A DNA stretch of 63,071 bases, filler included, from Lenisia limosa (taxonomy: Eukaryota; Protista; Breviatea): NCBI GenBank assembly GCA_001655205.1. It is 7 parts of 7 records of this genome, joined end to end, with 100 filler letters (N's around TTAATTAATTAA, not from the genome) between each part and the next. Parts side by side here need not be neighbours in the genome. Positions count along the whole stretch, not along the records: positions 50,115 to 51,315 come from LPNZ01002122.1; positions 51,416 to 55,095 come from LPNZ01010362.1; positions 55,196 to 63,071 come from LPNZ01007790.1; 4 more parts are not named here. One strand, written 5' to 3'. A program made the position numbers and the translations under genes. The notes under the pieces were generated by a model, which worked only from the letters and a program-made list of their open reading frames with translations, was not told where the DNA came from and did not search any database. Shown one piece after another: positions 50,344 to 62,112 of the stretch. The number at the start of each line of letters is the position of its first letter. The first letter of the stretch is position 1.

Positions 50344-51178
50344 AGTGGCTTGGCTGGAGAGGGACGTAATGGTTCTGAAGGCAGTTGAACCGAAGTTGCG
50401 GGTGAAGGGCGCTTCCTCCTCCTTGATGGTCAATGGGAGTATTGGCTCCTTCTGTGAAAAATATATTATTCTGCATCCCCGATTTGTTTTTTTTTTAATA
50501 CTGTGACCATGATTAGTCTTGACCAATTATCCTTGAAAAATCACATTGTAAATCGGTCAAGACTTAACCCGGTCACTGTATATTATATATAATATATATG
50601 AATATAATATGCTAGTTTATGATGTGCAACTGATTTGATCCAAAAAAGAGCATATGTTATTCGAAAGAGGTCAGAACACCTGTTTTTTTTTCTTTTTGTT
50701 TTTTTTCTTCTTTTTTTAAAAAAGGGCTTACGTCGAACACCTGGTAGAGGCTGTGGTCGTCAGGGAGGGCCTTGAAGGCAGCGGGAATGACGCGGTTGTC
50801 GAGGTGCATTGCGGAGCCGTAGGTACGCAGGAAGACGTCAGCTTCATTGAGAGCCTAATTGGAGTGAAATTGGAAAATAAATACAACAATAAAGCCTAAA
50901 TCAACTCTATTGACTGTTGAAAATGGACATTTTTTTAAAATAAAATAAATTTACCATTTTCGAAGACGTTTTAGGTTAACAAGAGGGGGATGTGGGAGTA
51001 AAAATATCTGATCGTTGCTAAATTGCTTATAAAACAGGCCTCTCACCGTCCAATTGTTGTTTCCTTGGGGCATCTTAGCAGCTGCCGCTGCAAGGTCCTG
51101 TGCAACTAGAGGCAAAACTCCTAGTGTCGCAGCCTGCTCAACGCGCTTGGAGTTGCACATGGCTAAGATGGTGTGGGC
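50344..51178 (-). CDS. Three phase-0 exons of an unidentified, strongly codon-biased protein
   Basis: AHTILAMCNSKRVEQAATLGVLPLVAQDLAAAAAKMPQGNNNWT|ALNEADVFLRTYGSAMHLDNRVIPAAFKALPDDHSLYQVFD|KEPILPLTIKEEEAPFTRNFGSTAFRTITSLSSQAT, with canonical splice sites. Confidence 0.7.
50501..50578. mobile_element. MITE family A (~77 bp, Tc1/mariner-like), representative copy
   Basis: TIR consensus CAGTGACCGGGATAAGTCTTGACCGATTT...AAATCGGTCAAGACTTATCCCGGTCACTG, flanked by TA. Other copies at ~3765-3837, 25950-26026, 27742-27806, ~32325-32390, 41255-41332, 42402-42471 and 57245-57294. Confidence 0.8.
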
Positions 51179-52272
51179 CTATAGGGGTAAACGATGGAGT
51201 TTCAACAGTAAGGTCAATATGATGGAAGACAACAACTACCACCCGGACTTCCCTACGGTCCGAAAAAAGACCGTTAAAATATCGATATTTATCGAGGATT
51301 TATCGAGAAATTCAGNNNNNNNNNNNNNNNNNNNNNNNNNNNNNNNNNNNNNNNNNNNNTTAATTAATTAANNNNNNNNNNNNNNNNNNNNNNNNNNNNN
51401 NNNNNNNNNNNNNNNCTCGAAACCATCCCAAGCGGCCTTGTCATTGGCCCCAATCGGGACTCACCTACCCCTATCCAACGTAGGTGTTGGCTCTTCTGTC
51501 TCCTGATATGTGTTACTGAGTGCTTCACTTACGTTCAGAAAGTCTTATTATTGACATTGTTCTGAAATTCGCTCATTCTGAGATCGAGAAGGAATGAGAC
51601 TCAGATACTCCCCTCCGCTCACATTACCCCCTTCTCACCAGGATTTTGAGCTTTTGTTTTGTTCTTTTCCAATTTTACTAAGGCTGGCTCGGGCTTGTTT
51701 TTGTTTTTGTGTTTTTGTCATCTGGCTTTTGTCTAGTTTTAGCGTTGGTTGCGCATGTTTGTTATTGCTTGTTTTATGTTTTTTGTTTGTTTGGAGTTTC
51801 AGATTATTCGGTTCGTGATTAGTACCTTTACGCCAANNNNNNNNNNNNNNNNNNNNNNNNNNNNNNNNNNNNNNNNNNNNNNNNNNNNNNNNNNNNNNNN
51901 NNNNNNNGTATCTAGACGACAATCGGGGTAGAATATCGGGTGAGGGGGGCCAGTCCTTTCATTCTTGATATTCATATCAACCATCTTATTTTAAACCATT
52001 GATCTTCATACTTGATCAAGGCTATTCTCTGCAATTACCGGTAATTGCAAAATTGTCGTGGGACCGATTGGCATGGGAACTCCATTTCAGACACTTTAAT
52101 TTCAAATTTTGTCGATCAATTTCTTCAAAAATTAATTGCGCGGAGTCATACTATTCTCTCATCTTCCATCCTTGGATATTCTCTCACATTCCATCCTTGG
52201 ATATTCTCTCATCTTCCATCCGTATTCATGGATACTCTCAAACTTGATCAAGGCTATTCTCTCATCTTCCAG

Positions 52273-52990
52273 CCATGGATATTGCAGCTTACTCCCGGGA
52301 CTCTTCGCACAGTTTACGACTGCATATCGCGGAACAGCCCGCACCGGTTGGGGGTTTGATGGAGGGATTGGACTTTCAAGGAGAGAGGGGTTTGATGGAG
52401 GGATTGTTCATTTACATCCCCTTTTCCTGCCCATGTGAGTGGCGGTGTNNNNNNNNNNNNNNNNNNNNNNNNNNNNNNNNNNNNNNNNNNNNNNNNNNNN
52501 NNNNNNNNNNNNNNNNNNNNNNNNNNNNNNNNNNNNNNNNNNNNNNNNNNNNNNNNNNNNNNNNNNNNNNNNNNNNNNNNNNNNNNNNNNNNNNNNNNNN
52601 NNNNNNNNNNNNNNNNNNNNNNNNNNNNNNNNNTTCTTCAGAATCCACAGCGTCCTCGTGGCGGCCTGAGACGTTCCGAGTCCAGTGGGGAGACGGTCAT
52701 GGGCATTTTGAGTGAAGTTTGTTGTGAATGTAAATAAGTGAGAAGGAAGTAGATAGGGATTATGTTTGACAATAATTGTCCTTCCTTAAAAGGTAACTGC
52801 CTCTTTCGTAACTGCCTCTTTCGTCACTTACCATATATAGGCCATCCCGCAGACCATCGCCACGCTGGAATGATGCTGAGCACCCTGCAAAACGGCACCT
52901 GGGACCGCCCTAACCGAAGTGTCGGAATTGCCGGACCCGCCGCTTCCGAAGTTCCGACAGCGCCTTCTGCACCCCCCATATCAACATATA
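52273..52990 (+). CDS. Probable exons of an unknown gene
   Basis: Exon candidates HGYCSLLPGLFAQFTTAYRGTART (52273-~52346), ESTASSWRPETFRVQWGDGHGHFE and GHPADHRHAGMMLSTLQNGTWDRPNRS, each with AG/GT boundaries. Confidence 0.35.
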
Positions 52991-54232
52991 GGTGGGAGAA
53001 GAGAAATAATATATACATTAGAAATCTAGGGGAACACATTAATACATAGGGATTTTGTAGGTGGGGGGGGGTGGCTTTTAAGCTGATTCTGTAGTTGGAC
53101 AGAAGATAATTGTATTGTGACACGGCTAAATGGATAGATATTACAAATGTCGTAATCTCCTATAAATATGCTTTGCGCCTTCTGTACGATACTCTATTTA
53201 TTTCCACAAATAGCTGGAAACTCTTGACCAATACTAATTATGGTTTGTTTTATTGTCATCCCTTCGCAAAAGCCTTTCCTGACCCCCTGTAGAACCACGC
53301 ATACAAGGACATCGTCAATATCGAGTACAAGTAGCGGGCCTCTGGCTGCAGGTTTGTAGGGTTACTATATTAGGAATGATTACCGTGTTGCTATATTAGG
53401 AAATCTTGGTGGAGTTTTCCTATTAGGAAGGTTTCAAAATAGTAGTTATAGTGCAATTGTAATTACCTCTTTACACATTGTCTGGTCGCTTTCCTAACCT
53501 TTTCAGGCATTGTTGCTGACGCGTCTCGAATGTCTCTTGCTGATGTGTTTCCCATTGTCACGCCNNNNNNNNNNNNNNNNNNNNNNNNNNNNNNNNNNNN
53601 NNNNNNNNNNNNNNNNNNNNNNNNNNNNNNNNNNNNNNNNNNNNNNNNNNNNNNNNNNNNNNNNNNNNNNNNNNNNNNNNNNNNNTTGGGATAAAGCAGA
53701 GATATTGTCAATTTTTATAGATAAGCAAGAGATATTGTCATCTTCAGAGAGAAGCAGAGATACTATCTTCATTATCAAGAGGAACCACTGATTTTATATA
53801 ATGCCGTTTCTTGAGTGACACTCTTTATTAGCATCATTCCCACACATTCTAACAAAATCCATTTCCCATTCCCATTCACACCACCAGAGATGTGGTTCGT
53901 CCCACCCCCGCTCCAAAAAGACAAAAGAGTGGGTCCATTTTATCATTGTTTCGTTTTGCCTTTTCTGGGGTAAAAAACTCCTTGGGTCGCGTTCTAAAAG
54001 ATCAGATTTTTAAGATATTGTTTATTCGAAGTAAAAAAAAAATTGTTGGAATTTTACTTCGCTTTCTAAGATCCGTGAATTGATTGTCTTTTTGGATGAG
54101 ACAATCGTAAGGTTTGAACTTAACATTCGAGTTACTTGGAGATTTTTTTTTTTCAACCTTTTTCATTTTGTTGCTTTTTCCCCAGCATTTTTGTTACTTG
54201 TTGTTTTGTCCATTGTATACCCCAGCATTTTT

Positions 54233-54760
54233 GTTATTTTCCTAGTGCGATGTCGGCCTCGAACTCTTCCAGTGTACTCCAATGCTATCCATGTGTTTGA
54301 CTTAGTGGTGGGAAGGGGGTATGTAGGTCACTTCGGTTTGAAAAATGACTGAATTTCTCGATAAATCCTCGAAAATTATCGATAACTTACTGGTCTTTTT
54401 CGAACCGAAATGAAGCCCAAGGGGTATGTTTACGTTTGTTGGAGTATATCGACCCATTGTGATAAAAATTGCATCACGCAATACGTACTGAATCACACAC
54501 ACTATGGTATTATTTTCACATACCAAATACAGTAAGAAAGTGCATACCAAATACAGTAAGAAAGTGCATACCAAATACAGTAAGAAAGTGCATACCAAAT
54601 CGTGTGACCTCTCCAGTCTCTGTCCTGGTCCAAGCCGCATTTGGTAGGTCCTCAACCCGCCGCCCGGGCCTACCACAGTATCAGCATTGTCGGACGGAAG
54701 GCACTTTCCATATACGGCGGTGTTGGCGCGGCGCGTCAGGGTTGGCGTGATGCTCAATTG
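54233..54760 (-). CDS. 3' exons of an unknown gene
   Basis: Phase-0 chain ...GLRTYQMRLGPGQRLERSHDL|YVLRDAIFITMGRYTPTN|HWSTLEEFEADIALGK*. Confidence 0.5.
54519..54600 (-). repeat. Tandem repeat with a 24-bp period (3 full units + a partial 4th) containing a splice donor
   Basis: cataccaaat starts at 54519, 54543, 54567 and 54591; the minus-strand unit is ATTTG|GTATGCACTTTCTTACTGT. Confidence 0.9.
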
Positions 54761-55616
54761 AATTTGCAACCTACTACTGCTTCTTAGTGTTGTTCACCCC
54801 AACCCCAATAGCTTTTTTGGGCTTTTTGTGTTGTTTCAAACCCCCATATGCTATCAAACATTTTGCCAGCCTACTTGATTTTGGGTGTTTGTTAATTAGT
54901 AATTTTCAATGATACCCTCAGTGCCCTCAATTGTTGATCCTGTCCATGAACAATGCGACATTTTCATGCTGGAAATACTGGGGGCTCCAATATCGACGTC
55001 ACTATCCAATCCCCCTCCTCTGGAGCCGAGTGTCATTGATAGTGAGGGGGAAACACTAATTACTTATTAACGTGCTGATCAAGGGTTTTCCTCTCNNNNN
55101 NNNNNNNNNNNNNNNNNNNNNNNNNNNNNNNNNNNNNNNTTAATTAATTAANNNNNNNNNNNNNNNNNNNNNNNNNNNNNNNNNNNNNNNNNNNNTGTTG
55201 TTATCAACCTCGTGGGTTATCGAACAGCCAACTGAGATGATTTTTGGCTTTTTGTTTCATAGATTTTCTCCGCTGTGCTGCAGAAATTGTTTTCAACCTG
55301 TGTGCATTTCTGGCCAACACAGTTTTGTTTCGTAACTTTTACATTTTACCCCCCCCCCCTCACACAAAGCAACTTACATCAATTATATGACCTTTTTGAT
55401 ATGGTCCAATTATTACCATTAATACTGAATAAGACCCTTTCAAACTAATAATATTTTGTCTTGAGAAATAATACAATAAAAATTGACGAACTATAGCCAC
55501 CTATATACTAATCCGTGAACTGTAGCCACCTTTAAAATGCACTTATCCGTGATATCACCACTGTAGTCACCTTTATAATGTACTTCTCCTTGATATTGCC
55601 ACTATAACCACTATAG

Positions 55617-56230
55617 TCACCTTGCAATTGCGCGCGAGCACACTGCAGCCATTCGCGTTCAAAGCCAATGGCGGCGGCTGAAGGTGGGAGGGGGGCAAGG
55701 AGATGGACGGGCCACATTGAAAAGACTCAAAGAGAGAGAAGGGCATTATATGCCGTACAGTAAAAATAAGTTCATCCTAAACCAAGTAACATTAACACAC
55801 AATAAGAGCTGAGCCGTTTTTGTGGTCATTTTGCCCCAGCGATTCTGAACCTTTAGGCAATTGCCAGAGTTATGTACATCAAAAAGAACCGCTCAGATAA
55901 CGCGATCAAAATACAGGTATCTGGGAGGAGTGTCTTTTCCTGGTGTAATGTTTAAATTCTGTATCGTTTCTCATTCACTCCCCCCCCTCCCCCGCTCATC
56001 TTAACCCACGTGTGTTTTTTTCATACATTTTCCAATTTTACTCTTTGTTTTCATAAAAATCTTTCGTTTTACCCTTGTGTATTATCAACCAACAGAGTTG
56101 ATTTGGGATTTTTTTTTTGTTAAATAATTTCCTTTGTTTTACTCCTCCTCAGGCGGTTTGGCGAGGGTATTACACAAGGGTGGTATCTGAAAGTCATCTG
56201 ACCTACTCTGAAGCCGTTTTCCTGCAAGCT
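55617..56230 (+). CDS. Multi-IQ-motif (calmodulin-binding) protein, partial
   Basis: Exons HLAIAREHTAAIRVQSQWRRLK, AIARVMYIKKNRSDNAIKIQ and AVWRGYYTRVVSESHLTYSEAVFLQA give repeated IQxxxRG-type motifs (AIKIQ|AVWRGYYTR). Confidence 0.72.
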
Positions 56231-56270
56231 GTGGTATGAGGGATATGGGGGTTCTGTTTTTGTTCTTCAA

Positions 56271-56404
56271 GGGCTCCGTGCAATTAATTGAAAAATTAAT
56301 TTCAAAATTTGAAATCGGGCATATTATAACGAGAACTCTATTCCAGACAGTTTATTTTAAAATCTGTGCTTTAATTTGCTCAACAAATTAATTGCACGGT
56401 GCCC
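56271..56404. mobile_element. MITE family C (~134 bp, GGGCTCCGTGCAATTAATT termini), representative copy
   Basis: TIR GGGCTCCGTGCAATTAATT / AATTAATTGCACGGTGCCC. A second full copy lies at 60421-60553, with related fragments at ~4452-4550, 6560-6663 and 52030-52148. Confidence 0.75.
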
Positions 56405-58527
56405 TAGTTCTAACTATGGGGGCTCAATTCTTTTTGGCCTGGTCAGTTTTTGCTAGGTGTTCAGTTCCTTGTTTATTTCTCATCATTGTATATGGGGGGG
56501 GGGGGGGNNNNNNNNNNNNNNNNNNNNNNNNNNNNNNNNNNNNNNNNNNNNNNNNNNNNNNNNNNNNNNNNNNNNNNNNNNNNNNNNNNNNNNNNNNNNN
56601 NNNNNNNNNNNNNNNNNNNNNNNNNNNNNNNNNNNNNNNNNNNNNNNNNNNNNNNNNNNNNNNNNNNNNNNNNNNNNNNNNNNNNNNNNNNNNNNNNNNN
56701 NNNNNNNNNNNNNNNNNNNNNNNNNNNNNNNNNNNNNNNNNNNNNNNNNNNNNNNNNNNNNNNNNNNNNNNNNNNNNNNNNNNNNNNNNNNNNNNNNNNN
56801 NNNNNNNNNNNNNNNNNNNNNNTGCTATTATCATGTGAGACATATTTGTATGTCATGAGTGTGATGGTATAGAAGGCTTCGACCGGTTACTCTCTGTTAT
56901 CTCTCTACATATGATATGATATGATATATGTACAGACATAGTATTCGATATAGTGATGTATGTTTTTGTATAATATATACTACATGTACATGTATAATGT
57001 CGATACTATATACTATATATATAGTGAATATAGTGTATTTTCTACACAAAACGCAAAAAGCTGTGTGCACAGCGTGATAGGCAAATGATAAAGTAAACTG
57101 AATGATTATACTTTTATCCATCTCTAATATGTATGATGTGGACAGTTTCGAACAAATGCAACCTTGTTTTAGTATTTATCTGAATTAAGGCTTCACCACT
57201 TCGATCCAGAAAATTAATGAAATTCCTAGTTTGTAATCGATATACAGTGACCGGAAAACCCATTTCAAATCTTCAAGTCTTATCCTTGTCACCGTGTTAT
57301 ACACATATCACATATAATATGAGAAAATATATCATATGTAGTACATATTTTGTTGTTTGATACTTATTGATCTTGTTTTTTATCTGCTTTCAGATGACAA
57401 TAGAAGAGGCTTTGTGCTGATCAACGGCCCTTCATAAAGGTACATGTTTCGTTTGTTTCTTTTTATTTAATGGATATTATTCAGAGTTCAACTCAAAAAA
57501 AAAGAATCAAATCAAAGGGAACAAATACATACATAATGATACCATTGTCATCTCACTTGTGTATCGCTAAATACAAAATCTCTCAGACGGAAAACATGGA
57601 AAAGTGACAAGGGGGATGCTGACGTCTTTACGTCTTTTGTGTGAATTTGGTAAGCCTTCTAAGAGAGATGAGCCTTTCCTACTTACTTGAATATACTTGC
57701 GATGATTTTGACAATTCAATTAAGTTATCTCATGTCAGGACTATTCAGGGGGTTTTAGGGCAATCTGCTAGTACAAGAACCAGCGTAACTAGCTGGGAGC
57801 TTGGAATTTTCCAAGCCAAAAACTAGCCAAATGAGAAGTTCCGTTATTGCATGGGATTAAAACATTCAGAAATCAGAACCTTCCACATTCCGATCACTCA
57901 AGATTTCAAAAGTACCGTCAGATAATCCTTGTCTGTCCTAGCAGCCTAGCAGATAGGGGTCAACAAGTGTGAATGTCGCATATGTGTTATGTGACGTCGC
58001 ACATGCGAAAAGTACGCATATGCGATTCAACTTTTCATAAAAATAATATGCGACTTTTTGGCATATTTTTATGGACAATGGCGCAACTGCGGTTATGTAA
58101 AAAGAATGCGACGCATATACGGTAAGTTACGAGGTAATTCTTTTGTTCTAAGTTCTAATTTGACTGTTTTTGTAGTTGAGACAATGGTTTGACCCCTACA
58201 TTGATGGGGCTTCAAGTCCAGAACATTCCTAAAAATAAGGTGTTTTTCTCCGTTTGGTAACTAGAGTCAGATCGCATATTTTGTACATGCGAAGTCGCAT
58301 GCGAATCGACTATTGTGAATTTTTGTCACATATCGCACGAAAGCCAAAAGTTACGGTGGCGTACTTAACAGGCTGATCGATTTTTATGGTATTTAGTATA
58401 CCCCATGCGTGCTTTTCAGACAACTGCACCAAAGCTGCACGAAGCTGCACCACAGACAGAAAGAAAAGAGAACACGGAAACCTTGGGAGCAACCTGGAGT
58501 CGAAAGATGAAAGTCCTCCAATTAGCC

Positions 58528-58952
58528 ATGGATACTTTCGTGTTCATGCTTATCATGCTGATGTCCGTTCATGCGTTCTCCGACAGTCCTTCTTTGTGGG
58601 GTGGGGTGTGCGTTTGTTTGTTGTTTATCTTGTTCTTCTCCACTCTTCATTATGCATTAGGTATATATTTAATCGAGGTTATTGTTTATTCATGCCTATT
58701 TATCCCAAACAAAATATTATTCTATTCATTGTATTTCATTCACAACCTACCAACAACAACCTATCACTCCTTATTACATCACCTTCAAAAACGCAGCTAT
58801 TTGTGCAACATGTCCACTTTCTGCAAAAACCCCTCACGCATCAGGTCAACAGCGCACACCACGGACGTTGACAACCTGAGAATTCCTTCCCTCTCTGACA
58901 ATCTCCTCAAGGACCTCATCATCAACATGACTCAGGAAATTGATAGCTTGAG
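58528..58952 (+). CDS. Probable secreted or membrane protein, first exons
   Basis: Signal-like MDTFVFMLIMLMSVHAFSDSPSL, then an intron, then YLCNMSTFCKNPSRIRSTAHTTDVDNLRIPSLSDNLLKDLIINMTQEIDSL. Confidence 0.4.
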
Positions 58953-60181
58953 TAGGGGAAATATGGGGTATTTGTCCCAACAATTTAATATGATTGATAT
59001 TTGGTGGTTTTGCATTTCTCTAACTGTTCTTTGCGTTTCTAAGCTGGGGTTGGGGCTGGGGGTGGGGGGCACGCAGAAAGCTATCAGCATTGTGTCTTTA
59101 GGCAAATGATTTGATAAAGTAGAATTATTCTATCATCCAATATCACCGTAATGGTGTGGACGCCTTCGTCCAGATACTACCTCTGTTTAGTTCGCATAAT
59201 GAAGGCTTCACTTAGGTTCGGGAAAATATTGATAGTTTTCGAGGGTGTATCGAGAAATTCAGTCTTTTTTCGAACCAAAGTGAAGCCCAATGCCGTAATT
59301 AACGACATTAGAGGTTCAAGTCAAAGAACTCCAAGACTTTGTGACCCCACGATACAGTTGGGANNNNNNNNNNACACAATAACCTTTTGTTTGTTTGGTT
59401 ATTTTGGTTTATCGTTTGGTTCTCCAACAGAGTTAATATTTGGATGCTTATCATGACCACCGTTGAAGATGTAATGAATGATGTCTGTTAGTATAATAAA
59501 GTGGTTCTGTGGGGTGGTGCAAATTCCGCCATGATTTATTTAGCCCAACTCTCGGTATAAAAACTGAAATTTCATTTGGATTCAAGAAATTGTCTTGTTA
59601 TTCATGGCGTTTCGTAGCATTAGGGCTCGTACTTGATATTTCACCTCTCGTTGCCTCATTCCTACCCCTCTGGCGCAATTACCGATTTGACCCGTTTCAG
59701 GAAGAGAGAAGAAGACGAAGAGAGAGTCGAGATAAACCGTGGCTGAAGAAAACTATCCTTGTAAGGGAGAGGGGGGGTGCATCTTAATGATANNNNNNNN
59801 NNNNNNNNNNNNNNNNNNNNNNNNNNNNNNNNNNNNNNNNNNNNNNNNNNNNNNNNNNNNNNNNNNNNNNNNNNNNNNNNNNNNNNNNNNNNNNNNNNNN
59901 NNNNNNNNNNNNNNNNNNNNNNNNNNNNNNNNNNNNNNNNNNNNNNACTGAATTACGGAATTCTCGCTTCTTCTTGATACCCTCATACGATAAGAGTTAA
60001 CATAGTGCAAAATGGGATGTCATTTTGCGGATTTATTACTCACCTCAGTGCTGCAGAAGCAACTAGCCTGGGCTTTGTTTGTTTTGTGGTTGTGGGTTTC
60101 CCAAATATTAGCCTCGGAGGTGATTCTGATTTTGTTGTTGTTGTTACTTTTTGTTCCATTATTTTCCCCTAAACTTTATAG

Positions 60182-60354
60182 AAATCAAAGAAGCAGAAGA
60201 AGAAGGACGAGGAAGACGCGCGGCAGAAGGAGGAAGAAGAGGCCCGAAATGCGCCTATTGACCGAAATGAGGGCCTTGTCGGCGCTTGGAGGCTCGGAAT
60301 GACCAAGGAAGAATCTGACTATTTGGATGATGAAGTGGCTCGAAAGCTCAAGGG
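60182..60354 (+). CDS. Charged exon of an unknown gene
   Basis: The exon between ttatag and gtgagg reads KSKKQKKKDEEDARQKEEEEARNAPIDRNEGLVGAWRLGMTKEESDYLDDEVARKLK. Confidence 0.5.
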
Positions 60355-61581
60355 TGAGGGTGGGGGCTCTGTTAATACAATAACTGTTAGATCTCTAACA
60401 CATATTTGCCAATTGATGTAGGGCTCCGTACAATTAATTGAAAAATTATTTCAACATTTGAAGTGGGACGTAGTGTAACGAGAACCCTATTCCAGACACT
60501 TTAATTTCTCATTTTGTCAATTAATTTCCTCAAAAAATAATTGCATGGAGTTCTAATTATTAGCGTGCCAGCATGAAGTGATTCCTTACTGGTCCATACG
60601 CGTATCCCCCCCCCCCCNNNNNNNNNNNNNNNNNNNNNNNNNNNNNNNNNNNNNNNNNNNNNNNNNNNNNNNNNNNNNNNNNNNNNNNNNNNNNNNNNNN
60701 NNNNNNNNNNNNNNNNNNNNNNNNNNNNNNNNNNNNNNNNNNNNNNNNNNNNNNNNNNNNNNNNNNNNNNNNNGGCCTCCCCCCTAGGTGAGAAAAATGT
60801 AGAGATTGGGACCAGACCAGACTCCAAAGTCGGATTTTTGACTCCTAAGTCGGATTTTTGAGACTAAAGTCGAAGTTGGAAGGAAATAAAGGTGGTATCG
60901 GAGGAAATAGAAAGTGGGATCCGGCAAAAGTCGTCCACGCTAATATTATATAGAGTAGGCACATTGTAATTTTCGATGTTGTGTATGTGCCTACTCTCTA
61001 TTATTCACGCTTATAGGACCTTATAGGATCCAATATAAAAGGAGGTATTGATAATAGTAATATGAATAAGTAGATTAATTCATCTAACCACCCACCTCAC
61101 TAAGTTGACTTTTTGTTATTTCTTTATTTCACATTTCAAACGTTTCCTGGTTTAACTAGCCAGGTATACGAACCTCATCCCTACTGCTGGTGTTAGAGTG
61201 AGTCGAGACCCCCCACTGTCCCTCAATTATGACGACTGCTAGGCTCTTTCTCCGTGTTTCTGTATTTTTGAATTCTATGAGGTCTGTAACGCTAGTTTCC
61301 ATTATCTACATGTATTTTATCGATATTTTATTTTGGATTTGTAGCACGAGTTCACACAGAGATGTGCTTGTGTTTCTGTTTTTCATATCATATAACTTTT
61401 CGGATCATTTTCACACGTGTGAACTATCTTTTCCACGCAGTGATATGATACCTCATATCCACTCGTATGATAATTGACCGACAAGTCTNNNNNNNNNNCT
61501 ATTGTCATATGATGTCATCAAGGTTATCATATCACTTTTTGAGTTATTTTCACACGTGTGAACTATTATTTTTCACGCTGT

Positions 61582-61705
61582 GATATGATACCTCATATCC
61601 ACTCGTATGATAATTGACCGACAAGTCTCAATGATACTCTGGTGCACTCGGGATGAACCCTCGTGTTATCTTCGTTCATCATTTCGACTTGGAAGTAGGT
61701 CAGGA
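61582..61705 (+). repeat. Dispersed repeat (gatacctcatatccactcgtatgataattgac...gggatgaaccctcgtg.tatcttcg...tttcgacttggaagt)
   Basis: Segments shared with ~13047-13125 and ~35357-35428. Confidence 0.55.
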
Positions 61706-62112
61706 TCGATCATATCACTGATTTTTTCATATATTTCAAAACATCTTAACAATAATTAATTTTGTCGTTTCAGCTGTTAGGATTAAGTTGGGGATAAGAG
61801 AGCAGCAGAGGAACAGAGAAGGAAATACAGGGAGAAAGAGAAGAGGGGGGGGGGGGGAACAAATNNNNNNNNNNNNNNNNNNNNNNNNNNNNNNNNNNNN
61901 NNNNNNNNNNNNNNNNNNNNNNNNNNNNNNNNNNNNNNNNNNNNNGAGTGTGTTGTATTCACACTTGATTTTCATATATTATATTATTAAGTACTCCACA
62001 AAGCTTAAGAAAACACAGGAGGAGAATACAGTAGTCAAGGAACAATGTTTTCGAGTAGATTTGGGCTGTTCTCGGCCTTAGTCGTCTCATATCTGCTATT
62101 ATTCACATTTAG

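Noticed and set aside
46052-54600. 24-27 bp direct repeats as CRISPR arrays
   Set aside because: The units are contiguous with no unique spacers, there are no cas genes, and the context is eukaryotic and intronic.
27308-55195. TTAATTAATTAA motif flanked by Ns, six times
   Set aside because: Identical 100-bp artificial linkers; a technical feature, so gene order across them is not biology.
55532-55717. Minus-strand ORF or exon AAIGFEREWLQCARAQLQ
   Set aside because: The plus strand encodes a clear IQ motif that continues in later exons.
58405-59109. 234-aa ORF as a single-exon gene
   Set aside because: It reads through obvious intronic sequence (G-run donor, T-rich tract); only parts look coding.
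61413-61628. ~75-bp direct duplication either side of a 10-N gap
   Set aside because: This is the typical pattern of unmerged overlapping contig ends, so probably an assembly artefact.
7822-61975. Many listed ORFs containing long X runs
   Set aside because: They are open only because N gaps hide stop codons.
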